Shown here: piece by piece, positions 1-12,030 of the stretch | Position numbering within the stretch: the first letter of the stretch is position 1 | Layout: every line of letters starts with the position of its first letter | Origin: Sphaerodactylus townsendi | Taxonomy: Eukaryota | Direction: 5' to 3' | DNA: 64,000 nt | Assembly (NCBI RefSeq): GCF_021028975.2 | Contig: NC_059426.1 | Location: 22,940,001 to 23,004,000 of the forward strand | The notes under the pieces: generated by a model | What the model was told of the DNA's origin: nothing | What the model saw: the letters and a program-made list of their open reading frames with translations, nothing else | The model's database searches: none | Position numbers and translations under genes: made by a program

Positions 1-212
1 GAGTGACAGACTCCCATCCGGTGAACAGGATGCGTTTCCCTGCTCCTACCTATGAAGCCTGCTGGGTGACCTTGGGCCAGTCACAATTCTCTCAAGAACT
101 CTGTCAGCCCCTCCTGCCTCACAAGCTATCTGTTGTGGGGAGAGGAAAGGAAGGAGTTTGTAAGCCACTTTAAGACTCCACGCAGGACAGAAATCCAAAC
201 TCTTCTTCTTCT
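1..212 (+). mobile_element. tRNA-derived SINE (Squam3-like), 5' end cut by the window edge
   Basis: gctgggtgaccttgggccagtcac...tgttgtggggagagg...aatccaaac(tct)n, shared with many copies in the window. Confidence 0.8.
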
Positions 213-429
213 ATCTAAATCTCCACCGACTTCACTGGGCCTCATTTGTGTACCAAGGATCAAAACACCTCAGTTTATGTTCATGCTAAGTGAAGGATCT
301 GTTGAATTTGGGTCAAATCCTTCCTGTACAAATACATATTGGGAGAGAAACGGTCCTCAAGTCCTAGTAAAATAACAATTATGCTACATCTGGTCATGAG
401 GACATTTTAGGATAGATCTTACACTATGC

Positions 430-577
430 CCATGGTGGCGAACCTATGGCACTCCAGATGTTCATGAACTACAATTCCCATCAGCCCTTGCCAGCATGGC
501 CAATTGACCATGCTGACAGGGGCTGATGGGAATTGTAGTCCATGAACATCTGGAGTGCCATAGGTTCACCACCACTG
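430..577. mobile_element. 148-bp palindromic hAT MITE (subfamily A ends)
   Basis: Near-perfect foldback centred on ggccaattgacc; 8-bp TSD cactatgc at 422-429 and 578-585. Confidence 0.9.
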
Positions 578-615
578 CACTATGCTATTGTGGCCGTTCT
601 CCCATGGTTCCAGTC

Positions 616-763
616 CAGGGGTAGGGAACCTGCGGCTCTCCAGATGTTCAGGAACTACAATTCCCATCAGCCCCTACCAGCATGGCCAATTGGCCATGCT
701 GACAGAGGCTGATGGGAGTTGTAGTTCCTGAACATCTGGAGAGCCGCAGGTTCCCTACCCCTG
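616..763. mobile_element. 148-bp palindromic hAT MITE (subfamily B ends)
   Basis: caggggtagggaacc...ggttccctacccctg; 8-bp TSD ttccagtc. Confidence 0.92.
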
Positions 764-1649
764 TTCCAGTCCATGTTGCTATTGCAATGCCTGTACCTGG
801 AAGTGATGTGCCAGAAACCGGTGACACAGTTGTGCCACACAGCACTGTAATGTGCTGCTCAGCACCAAAGCAGAGCATAAGCAGTACACTGGACAATCCC
901 ACATGATCTCCAGCATGCAAATTCCCTTACCAGACAAGCATAGTACAGGACAGAGCCACAGGTAAGACACCACACCTGCAGCACAAAAACTGGACTTCAG
1001 CCTATAGCTAGCAACAAAGAGTTTGAACAAATATGAAAAACTGATCTGCATGATAATTCTCTTTGCTTCCTTCCACCTCCACCCCAGCAAATTGTGCTCC
1101 ACCAAGAATACTTGGCTACAACATCAGTTGTTGAGGCGAAGGTTTTCTCTCAGAGCAGATTTCCACAAAGCATTTCCATATGCATATACAGAGTTAGGCC
1201 AGGGAAGTATAAAATTAAAGCCAAGGAACAGCCACGTTTGGGTATTCTTTCCTCCCAACGTGTGATAGATAGCACTACCACTGAGATGAAAAATTCCTGT
1301 GTTACAAAGCATGTTCCCATATGAGAATTTGTTTATTAATATACAATGCTGGAATCAGCCCTGAGTTTCTTCACCAGAGATATTAGCCATCTGTAAATAA
1401 TTCCAGCATGGCTTTATTTACTGAAATTTATTCCTTACTACCCTCAGCCCTCGGTTGCCTTCAAAACAAGCAGGCTGAACTATGTATTTACTTAACTTAA
1501 AAGTAACGAGGGATGAGCAATAGCATAATAAATTGGTATTTCTCTAGTACAGATTATACTATTACTTGTCTAAGGATCTCAGAGCTGCAGACGTAGTTCT
1601 GCTTACCCCATTTTATCATCATAGCAGCTTTGAGAATTAGGTAGGCAGA

Positions 1650-1801
1650 GGCCCCTTCCACACATGCAGAATAATGCACATTCAATCCACTTTCACGATT
1701 GTTTGAAAGTGGATTTTGCTATTCCGCACAGTAAAATTCAGCTTCAAAGTGGATTGAAAATGGATTGAAAGTGCATTATTCTGTGCGTGCAGAAAGGGGC
1801 C
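1650..1801. mobile_element. PIF/Harbinger-like palindromic MITE
   Basis: ggccccttcc..gcagaataatgcac / gtgcattattctg..aaggggcc; 3-bp TSD aga; inserted in an older SINE. Confidence 0.8.
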
Positions 1802-2168
1802 AGAGAGGGCGCGACTGTACTAAGGTCACCTAATAAGCTTTGATGGGTGAGTAGGGGTTTGACCCAGAATCAGTAGCCCAAAACTGTAACCACTACACCA
1901 CACTGGTCCCCAGAATGTCCACTAGCATGGCAGGATGCAGCATGGATAAATTATGGCTCCATTAGATGGCGGGGGATGGGGGGGAGAAGAAGAACAATGT
2001 GCTGTTGAGTTGCAACTGAGTCATGGTGTATTCAAGGCAGGAGATGAGGAGAGGTGGTTTGCCAATGCCTTGCTCTGCACACCAATCCCACTCAGTCTTT
2101 CTCGGTGGCCAAGTTTGAGGAATTAGATATGGGTAAAGAAGCACCAGCTCAGAAACATCTCAGAATAG

Positions 2169-2499
2169 CAGGGGTGTACCACTAAGGGGGACACATGGGG
2201 TCAAATGTCCCTGGGCTGTGGCCATTTAGTCATGTTGGGAGCAGAAAATTGACCCCCACACCCTTCCAGGAAAACTCCCCCGGGGAATTTTATTTCCACT
2301 GTGTGTCATGGACCATTGCTGTGTTCAGATCGGTGAGTTGGGGCATGTTCTATCATGTGATGGTGACTGTGAGATGACCTGGTGCAAAAAAAAATGTTGT
2401 TTGGCCGTGGTGGGGAAGGGCGGCTGCCCATACAGGGGGAATGGGGGATGAAAAACTCAGATTTTGCATTGGCCTACATTTTCCCTACATATGTCTCTG
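2169..2499. mobile_element. Non-autonomous hAT element
   Basis: Ends caggggtgta... and ...tatgtctctg, with 8-bp TSD cagaatag. Confidence 0.75.
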
Positions 2500-3265
2500 C
2501 AGAATAGATTTTGACCTCAGAATAGATTTTGATCAGTAGTGATGCAAAAGGGAGAAGGTGGAGGAACTGGAACAGCCAGCCCACGCTCATCGGTGACAGA
2601 ATATGAGGAACTGTTTTTTATAGAAACAGACAGGTTTCAATGACTGCAGTCGCTCTTGCGAACAGTCAGGTCAAACATTCCGTTTTTTCAGACTGGAGGT
2701 GCAGGAATGTCAGTAACCCTTTCCTCAGAGCAGAATGTGATAAATTAGGGACAAAAGAACCTGGAATTCTCCCTCCCCCAAGACCATGTGTTATAGCATC
2801 TACACAGTACTCTACATAACCTGGTCCTTTCTTTTTATTTCTTAACCATCTTGTATATTGTCTAAATTTTGCATGGGTCATAGTCTTCTGAAAGCAGATC
2901 ATTGCCAGTTGACCTGAATGTAAACACCTGAGTGTAGAGACTTACTGAATAAGCTGCTTGAAAACCAGACTAACAGTTGCACCAAAACCTTTCCGCCCCA
3001 ACACACACCAAGATTGTAGAACCCCTTCTACCCAAGCATGTTTGAAAAAGATCAAGGGCTGAACACGGAATGTTCCGAAATGCAAAAGAATGTGCTTCTC
3101 TCCTTTACACTGTGTTCTGCCCATCCCACAAGAAGCTCAGGGCTGTTTATCTGTTTCTCCTCCCACGCCCCCGTATCACCTTTAAAGTCTCAGGAGACAG
3201 GTGAAACTAAGAGAGAAAATGATTGGTGTGTCCAAGGTTAGTCAAATGATGATGAAGATGAACAG

Positions 3266-3520
3266 GAAGAGTTTGGATTTATACCCCACCTTTCTCTCCT
3301 GTAAGGAGACTCAAGGTGGCTTACAAGCTCCTTTCCCTTCCTCTCCCCATAACAGACACCTTGTGAGGTAGGTGGGGCTAAAAGAGTTCCGAAGGACTGT
3401 GACTAGCCCAAGGTCATCCAGCAGGAATGTTGGAGTGCAGAAACACATCTGGTCCACCAGATAAGCCTCTGCCACTCAGGTGGAGGAGTGGGGATTCAAG
3501 CCCAGTTCTCCAGATTAGAA
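3266..3520 (-). mobile_element. tRNA-derived SINE (Squam3-like)
   Basis: Reverse-complement copy of the same family. Confidence 0.8.
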
Positions 3521-6500
3521 GCCACTTGCTGAGCAGGAGTATGAATCTGATTGTCCCTATCATTGCAGACTCTGCATCAACTGGCAGAGTCTGCCCCCCA
3601 CCCATATAAGCAAGAAGTCAAGATTCTCGGGAACATGACTTCTGGATTATAAAGTAGTCACAAACCACACAGTAAAACAAGGTGCGGTGGGTGGGAGTGG
3701 GCGGGGAGGCTTTCTCCGTGATTGTGCACAGAGGTTGAGTCTTTCTTCCACATGTGGTGGACTTGCAAAAAATCAAGAAGTATTGGATGGACGTGCACAG
3801 GAAAATGCAAAAAATACTTGAACACATCTTTTCATTCACAGTGACTGCTCTGTTGGAGGATGGCTTAGCAAAAAGGAGCTGGGGAATCCGTCATAAAACT
3901 TTTTATTTATTTTATGCCACCACTCTAGGAACCTGCCCAAGGCAGCTTACATCAGAAAGCATTAAGCATTATTCACTAAAATTTAGAACTAATAAACCCA
4001 GTCATAGCACAAAAACATAGACCACAATGCAACTTAAAGTAGCAATTTTCAGACTAAAAGAACGTTATTAGTATTTTTAATGGCACATACACAACTTGTT
4101 CCTAATCCTGGGGGCTTTCCGCCACTTGTACAAGGTCATACTTAATAGATGTTGAGAGTTATGTTTATTTATTTACTCCATTTATATCCCACCTTTCTCC
4201 CAAATGGGGACCCCAGAGTAGCTGACATCGTTTTCCTCTCTTTCATTTTACCAACACAACAAACCTGTGAGGTAGGTTAGGCTGAGAGTGTGTGACCGGT
4301 CCAAGGTCACCCAGCAAGCTTCCACAGCAGAGTGCAAATTCGAACCTGGGTCTCCCAGACATGAATCCAACACTATGTAGTACAAAGAAAGCTTCCTACA
4401 TCATAGTTCGTTAGCACCTTCTGCATTTTCAGGACATACCAATGTTAATTTTCAATATACCCAGCCAGAGGCATGTTTTAAAATGAGAGCTGGGATCATT
4501 GCAAGAGTTGAAAGAATACCACTAGTGTGATTTTGCCCAAGTTCAGGCCATACTTAATGAAACAAACAAAAAAAGTTAAATTCCTGCTGGGATGTACTTC
4601 ATTAAGCAGTTTAGCAAGTCTTTGGAGTTTACAACACATCAAAAGTGAAGTTCTCATTCTGCCTCTTCACAAAAAAGAAAAAAAAATGAAGCACATTTGT
4701 GTTTGCATTACAAAACAAGTGCAGAGGCTGCCTTCTCCAGAGAAACCTGTTTGGCGACATGTAAAATGCATCACCTAAGCAATTATGCTGTGTCATCTGC
4801 CTAGATTTTTTTTTTTTTTGGCAACCATGTGTTTCAAAGGAGGGCGAATTAGAGGGAAATGATTATTTTAAGTTCCCGCCCCCGCTTAAAAAAATAAAAA
4901 CTGAAAACATCACTCATAAACAAAGTGTAGTATGAAAATCAAGAAGCGTGTGTTACTGTACGGCATCAGTAGCTGTAAAACTCGGTGGATTTTACATAAA
5001 TGTCCGAAGAATGTTTTTATGGCTTTAAAAGAAAAAAAGAGGAAAGGCCATACCAATCGGCGTAGGCTTTAGATAGTGTACAGTTCGCAGCATGCCTACT
5101 AAAAACATCACTCAGACTGCAATAAAAGTTAGAGAGCAAACCACGGTCTCCTCTGCAGCGGCACGACACCATAAACACGTCTGAAATTCATAACATTGTG
5201 TGCTGAAGAGCATAACTCTGGCATGGGAAGCGAAATGGCCCGAGAGGCACAGGGGCCCTGGTTTGAAAGAAGAGAACGCTTCTGAACCCAGTCTTGGACT
5301 TCGGAAACAGGCCGCAGTAAACAGGTTGACAAGAATGCGATCGTTCACCTCGGCACCGGAATAGGGCTCTCATGTGGCCCAGAACGAAGGGTAAAAATAG
5401 AAAGACTCAGACAGCAAATGAGGGTAAGACAAGCTCATTGCTTAATTACTAATAAGAATGAGGCCACCAGCTGAACTGAGCGCACTCACAAGCACAGAGA
5501 CCTGGATGCCTCTATTCACCTGCGTTCCAAACTTTTGATCCCTGGGGCAAAGTTTCGTCTCAGAGACACCTGCTCAAAAAGATATATGTGGGCATTTTCT
5601 CAGCCAGCTGCTGTGGCAATGGGCAAGCTCCTCCCCCCCCCCCCCCCGCCACCTATGTCACTCATGTTTAGATGAGTCTTCATAAATTAGGAGGATCAGC
5701 CTGGCTTACTTGATCTCACTTTTCCCCATTTCAGCTATTCAAGAACCCAACGAGGCAAGTAAGGCTGATGCCAACATTTCTAAGCTGTTCAGTGAGCTTT
5801 GGGGATGAGTATAAGTCTGAACCTGTGTCTCCTATTCCAACTACAGCACTTCACACAGAAGACCACAGTGACTGCCTTTTCTACTTATAGCTGTTCTTGA
5901 TGCTGCCTGAACCAAGATGAAGGACATTAAAGACGTTTGTTTCTCAGAAGAAAAAAAATACATGTTTTGCTTGTGCTTACCAGCCTTGTATAGCTTGGAA
6001 GAAATATTTTGGACCCACGGTTTTGTTTCGTGGGCAAGAACAAAACGTGTGTAAAAGACGACAAAGGTACCCTTTACCGCAACATCTAACAACGTATGGT
6101 GATTCTGAGGTTTCTGAGATTAATTCTGAGGTTTCTGATGTCTACCAATTGCTTTCAAAATGGATCTTAGATTTCTGTTAAAATGCACAACCCAGATTTC
6201 TCTCAGCAAGGAAAGCAGGAAAGAATAAGCCTCGGAGCGCTCCAGACTATAGCAGAACAGCCACGTGCAAGAAACAAGCCCCCAAAGTGCTGGAAGTGCT
6301 CAGCTTACTCCCTGAGTGTCTGCTCAAGGACAGCCCTTTTAATCTCTGGAACATCTTCACAGGGAGATATTGCAGGGTATATGGGATACAAAACGAGGCC
6401 TGCTCTCATCCTTCAGCATGATGCCTGGTTCTTTCTGTGTTTTTTCCCCCTCACGAGAAGTCCCAACAACTACGGCTAGTTGCACTCAGCCTGGAGAACA

Positions 6501-7036
6501 AGCCAGGCTGTGTAATCTTCCAGTTGCTGAGAAACTGATGCACATATGATAAACATAGACTTTTACTGAAGGTATTTTCCACATAAGGACAGTTGTGATT
6601 TCCCCGTTGCTGCTGTGGCTGCTAATGCAGCGTAGCAGCAACAGGTTTTCCACCTGACAGGTTTTAGGATTTCCCTGCTTTCACGGATGCACGGCAGTGG
6701 TCGCCCGCTTGAGCTTTTTTTTTTTTTAAATAAGCAACTCTGAACATTGTTCTAACAATATGTGTGACAGGTGCTCTGAATTTTCAGCTGTCATTTTTTT
6801 TTAAAAAAAGAACAAGTTTCTAGCCTCTTTTGATGCAGAGATATGCCTTTCCCTTTATGTCTCTGCACTGAAAGGGGCTAGAAATGTGCTTTGAAAAAAA
6901 ATAAATCTGGGGATTTAGAGAGGCTGTCACACATATTGTTGTATTTCGTATCGGTTTTAAAGTTTTAATTATTATATTATTGCAAATGTACATGTTGTAA
7001 CCCGCCCTGAGCCTTCCGGCGATAGAGAGGGATAGA

Positions 7037-7090
7037 AATCAATCAATCAAATCAATCAATCAATCAATCAATCAAATAAATAAATAAATA
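7037..7090 (+). repeat. (AATC)n(AAAT)n microsatellite at an L2-type 3' tail
   Basis: Directly visible. Confidence 0.9.
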
Positions 7091-7381
7091 TTCAGTTCTG
7101 ATTTTTTTCAAAGCTCCCTGTGGTAAGAAGGAGAACATGATCACTACCGTATGGGGAAATTATTGCCATGTGAGAAAAATCTGACTTCTTTTGCCTATAC
7201 AATAGTTTCCCAAATTTCAGAGCAAAGTAGGCTTGTGAAAGACTGGGGGGGGGGGGACCCAGGGAAACACCAGGTGGCGTATGAATACGCAACAGTGATG
7301 TGGGGAAGCAATTTAAAAAACTCACTTCCAATAGTGAGGGAAATAACTGGCCACTGTGTGAGGCAGGATATTGGATTAGAT

Positions 7382-7529
7382 CAGGGGTAGGGAACCTGCG
7401 GCTCTCCAGATGTTCAGGAACTGCAATTCCCATCAGCCTCTGTCAGCATGGCCAATTGGCCATGCTGGTAGGGGCTGATGGGAATTGTAGTTCCTGAACA
7501 TCTGGAGAGCCGCAGGTTCCCTACCCCTG
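7382..7529. mobile_element. 148-bp palindromic hAT MITE (subfamily B, opposite orientation to 616-763)
   Basis: TSD gattagat; inserted into a CR1-type 3' tail remnant. Confidence 0.92.
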
Positions 7530-8095
7530 GATTAGATGGACCTCTGGCCAGATCTAGTGGAGATCTTCTTATATTCTTTGCATTGAACCCAGGGCAAATC
7601 AGCCATGTGAAAACAGCCTATGTCACACACCTACTTTTTAGAGCCTTGTTGCCAAATCAGTTCCAGAATATTCTCAACTGAAAAGGCCCAACACATTGCA
7701 TTTCTGTGCAGTCAGTGTTCTGAGGGAACACTCAAATCCTGCATGCAGCATACAATTTAGGCTTGAAGAATATGCAATTTTAAGATTTAAAACGGTCATG
7801 TGAAATGACAGGCTTTGGTAATAAAAACACATAACCTTTCAATTTCTCTACCCAGTCTTTGAAGTACCGAGAAGTCAAACCATTAACTGAGGTTAACCCG
7901 CCTTGATTTCCTCCCTGTCATTTAAGATGCCACTTTGCCAGAAAAACACCATGATTTGAAAACTAACTGGGAAGCAGAACAAGACATTTTGGGTGGGCTG
8001 AGCTTCGAGTACCAAAATCAACATATCAAATGCACACTCCTGAGAAATAAAAGGGTTGCGCAGAGCTGCCTGCAAGGAGAAAGAAGTTCACTCAC

Positions 8096-8168
8096 CTTTT
8101 TTTGTTTTCGCTAGGGCCAGCTGGCCTGTACTAGGGGTATGTGGAATCTCTCCCTCGGTGCTTTGAAT
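8096..8168 (-). CDS. ITPRID2: ITPRID2 coding exon 9 (73 bp)
   Basis: ttgtgttgtag|ATT CAA AGC ACC GAG GGA GAG ... AAA AAA G|gtgagt encodes IQSTEGEIPHTPSTGQLALAKTKK, similar to mammalian VQSTEGEAPHVP...TKSKR; phase 0 after exon 8. Confidence 0.93.
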
Positions 8169-9348
8169 CTACAACACAAGAAGAAAAAGCCAAGCATTTT
8201 AGAGTTACGATTAACAGGCACTGCGTTCACATGAAACAAAACACCCGGCAGAACTGGTTATTTTGCTGATCAGCAGTTTTAATGCAATCAAGTTTGGCAA
8301 GCTGAAGAAACCGCTCGGGGTTCCTCACCATTCGAACATCTCCTTTTGGACTTCCTGGACTGGCAAATAAGTACTTTGGCAGAAGCACACAGGACTCTAA
8401 TGTTAAAAGATCATGACATCATGTCAGTAGTTCATGCTGACCAATTATTATTATTTTTTTTAGGGAGATGGTCACAAGGATTGCTTTGTTCATATTTACT
8501 CCAGGGAGCTCTTTAAAAAAATACAAAGCAGAAAGAATATACTGTTGCATTACACAGAATTCTTCCTCAGGCTCTGGATTATATTACAGATCTTCAGAAA
8601 GTAACGTAAAACCCTTTCAGATGTTACAGTTGACATATACCAGAAGCTCAGCAACTGAGGTCAAATCCTCTTGATATGTGTGGCCACTGGTCGTCTAAAA
8701 GAAGAAATGTGTAGACTCTCAGCTTCAGTACATGCTATGCCAAACTGTGCAAAAAAAATTTGAGGTTTTGTAAAGCATGAGCAGAAGTTGCTCATGGATG
8801 TGAAATCCACCAGCTGCCCCATTCAGATGGCATGGAGGCCGGGCTGGGAGGAAGCTCGCGCTCCCAATAAGCATGGTTGGCAAATATGTGTGATTGTAAC
8901 ATCTGAAAATGACCCTATGCCCCCCTCCACACAGCACATGTATAATGGGTTGCAGTCAGAATAAAGTAACCTGTTTTCCTGTTTTTTGTATTCACAAGCA
9001 TCCATGCAGGCAGCAATTCGAGCCCACGGAAACAATCTGTCGAACCATCACACGGAGATCTCTTTTTTATTTACTTCTGACCGATGCATAGCTAAGCAGG
9101 CATGCACAAGTGAGCCTCCACAGCCATGCTGATGTCTCACAAAACAACCATCTGCCCCTGTGTATCTACGCAGATGTAAGCTGCAAATATTTTTTAAAAA
9201 GTAAACGGAGGCGAAAAAAGCACCTCCTGCCTGGTTGCAACCTGCCATTTTTAAAAAGACTCGCTGAAAGTTCAATTCTCAAAAAACAAACAAACACGGA
9301 TTGGGGGAAATAACACAGGGCAGACTAATTTTAGGGGTGGGATCTGTG

Positions 9349-9725
9349 CAGAGGTGGGATCCAGCAGGTTCTCACAGGTTCCCAAGAGTAGGTTACTAAT
9401 TATTTGTGTGTGCCGAGAGGGGGTTACTAATTAGTGATTTTGCCACGTGACTTTTGCCTTAGTTACGCGCCCCCTCTGCTCCTCAGCAGTAGCGCGCAGA
9501 ACTTGAAGCAGTCTAGCAGGAGGTGCACCGGCGTGGATGGCAGCCTGCGCCTGCGTGCATTCGTTTCATACCCAAGGACCGGTACAGCAGCTGCATCCTT
9601 GCCACAGCCCCGCCCAGGAATGCCCCGCCCCCAAAGTGCCCCGCCCAGCCCCATTGGCGCTACGCCACTGATTGAATCCCACCACCATGGGAACCTGTTA
9701 CAAAAATTTTTGGATCCCACCACTG
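9349..9725. mobile_element. hAT MITE (CAGTGGTGGGAT-type TIR)
   Basis: cagaggtgggatcc...ggatcccaccactg; TSD gatctgtg. It accounts for ORFs 9434..9874 and 9463..9861. Confidence 0.9.
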
Positions 9726-10408
9726 GATCTGTGCGAAGCCCCCCCCCCCCCCCCACACGTTTTTTTTTACAGTCTACACCCATGTTTACTGGCCTGAGCA
9801 GAAAAGGCCTCAGGAAGCAACAATTCCATCCTTTGCTCTTCCCACTCCCCTTTCTATTCAACCTCTATGCTTAAACAAATAAGAGACTGTGAAATACAAA
9901 AGCTAGATCTTATTTTGTCACTTTTTAGCTGGTCCTAACGAAGATACTGAGAGGGAAGGCAACATGGAATATCCCAGTTTTGTCAGATGTTGGAACATAT
10001 AAACTATATAGCCCTCACAGTACTACAGACTTCAATGTAACATTGAAATCAATTTGTTATGGCAAAATCAAATCAATTTTCACTAAATACCAATGTTATT
10101 ATGATTTAGTAATTTGTCGTATTTTCACATATAAGAAAGATTGCTGAATAAAAAAAATCCCTAGTTCGCCTCAATTTTACTGGGATAATATAAATACAAA
10201 ATTGTGTCAAATTACCTAATACAAACAAAAGGGCAGACTTGACTCTAAGGCAAATTTCAAATGACACAAGGTTGATTTATGTAATTTTTTAAATAGATAA
10301 GCAGGACTGATGATGGAATGAAATGAGAACGTATTGGAATCTTGTGTCTTTCTTACGCTGGAATATATGTTTAGCCTCAGCATTCTTAATCTACTTGTCC
10401 TCATAAAC

Positions 10409-10541
10409 CAGGGGTCTGCAACCTGCGGCTCTCCAGATCTTCAAGGACTACAATTCCCACCAGCCAATTGGCCATGCTGGCAGGGGCTGATGGGAATTGT
10501 AGTCCATGAACATCTGGAGAGCCACAGGTTGCAGACCCCTG
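10409..10541. mobile_element. Palindromic hAT MITE (subfamily C ends, 15-bp internal deletion)
   Basis: caggggtctgcaacc...ggttgcagacccctg; TSD tcataaac/ccataaac. Confidence 0.9.
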
Positions 10542-10841
10542 CCATAAACCATTACTACCTCTACACAGTGTTTGCTGGGATTTACAAGAATTGTGATATT
10601 TCGTATAAAGACACATTATGTGACTTTCAACCAACGTGAATAACAGTGATGACTCTTTGTGAGGCAACTCCTCCACTAAGACAGTTCAGAAATAGTGCTT
10701 TAGCTATTACTACACAACCTATTCTTAAAGGAAGCCTTATACAGGAATTTATGATACAAGAAACCTGGATTTATTTACATATATGAACCTTGTGTCATTA
10801 GAAATTTACCTTACATTCAAGTCTGTTTGTAACAGGCAATT

Positions 10842-12030
10842 GGCGATTATGCACAAGGTGTTTGCTATGTGGTGGAGGCAAATGTCTGCAGTGGCAAGAT
10901 TTCTTATGCAGACATATTTCTTCTAATCCTGTTTTCACTTTCCATTCTGTCTGCGGCAAGCAAAACCACTTCTAGCATGATTTGAATTTTGCTTCGTTCC
11001 CTAAACATGGCAGATTTGCCAGTGAGCACAACTTTGTCCTGACCTCTTCCCTCTGACCGTGGCCAGCCTTCCCACTTCCTTGTGCTGTTTTGCAGGCCTT
11101 CTTTCTTGCCTCCCCTTCCATATTGCCAGCTCCTTCCTACTTCTCCAAATGCCTCTACTGATGTATTGATATTATAACAGAGAATTGGCATCTGGCGCAC
11201 CCTCCCTCCCCACACACTTCATCGGAGGTGCACACCTACCCCTGCTGGCAGTTACTTCCCTCCCCTCTTTCCCTTCCCACAGCAGCAGGGCAAGGCTCCT
11301 TAGTCCGGTAGCCTAGGCTCCAGTTGTCAACTCAGTGGAGAGCCCACTGGACACCACCCAGTGGTGGGATTCGAATAATTTAACAACCGGTTCCGGGGAT
11401 GGGATTCAAATAATTTAACAACTGGTTATTTACAGTAACCATTTTAACAACCGGTTCAGCCGAAGTGGGGCGAACCTGCTGAATCCCACCACTGATACCA
11501 CCACCACCCCTGTGCTCCCTGGCAGCCTGCTCCACATTCTGGCACCAACTGTCAACCCCTTCCAGGCAGGTCAGCTTCTTCAACCCTGCAGGATGAACTG
11601 CGCTATGCAGAGTGACAAAGTGGAAAAGGGGATGCTGGCCAGACCACACACCTCCAATCAGGGCTTCTGCAAATTGCAAAAATAAAAGGAAGGGAGCAAA
11701 ATTCAACCCCACATGCAAGCGGACAAGTCTTTATTTTAAAACCATTCAGTGTGTGTGTGCACGCACGTGTGTGTGGTGATGGGAAGGGAAGGGAGGGGGA
11801 GAGATTATCAGCTCCAGTATTGGGTCTTCCCAGTGTGATGAGCTCTGTGCCTTTAAGGCTGTTGATGGGAGGAGTTAAGAGAACCAGGAGAAGGAGAGGC
11901 CAACAGAGAAACTATGATGCAGGCTGTGGTCTGCCTTCTCACCTGTAAACAGAAAATCTTGAGGACAATCCACTAAAAGCCCACTGCTCAGAGAACAGTC
12001 CTGAGGTAAGCATCCCATGCATAATCAGCC
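10842..12030. mobile_element. About 1.2-kb Harbinger-like non-autonomous element containing a nested hAT MITE
   Basis: ggcgattatgca at 10842 and tgcataatcagcc ending at 12030, both flanked by att. Confidence 0.55.
11359..11494. mobile_element. hAT MITE (CAGTGGTGGGATTC TIR)
   Basis: TIRs cagtggtgggattc/gaatcccaccactg; TSD acaccacc/ataccacc. A truncated, opposite-orientation relative lies at about 58411-58535. Confidence 0.88.

Noticed and set aside
430-763. Adjacent palindromic repeats as a CRISPR-like array
   Set aside because: Eukaryotic context, no repeat-spacer periodicity, and each unit has its own 8-bp TSD.
648-920. Recurrent peptides such as GVGNLRLSRCSGT and HLESRRFPTP (also at about 7.3, 10.4 and 58 kb)
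   Set aside because: They are translations of the palindromic MITE, not a gene family.
5198-5252. Hammerhead-like string tgtg-CTGAAGA-gc...gc-GAAA-tggcccgagaggcaca
   Set aside because: Stem II is only 2 bp, and there is no UH cleavage site or A-U closing pair before the putative stem-I strand.
1-8000. ITPRID2 exon 10 (expected DHLLRTASQHSDSSGFAED-like peptide)
   Set aside because: Not found by eye in this interval; it probably lies left of the window.
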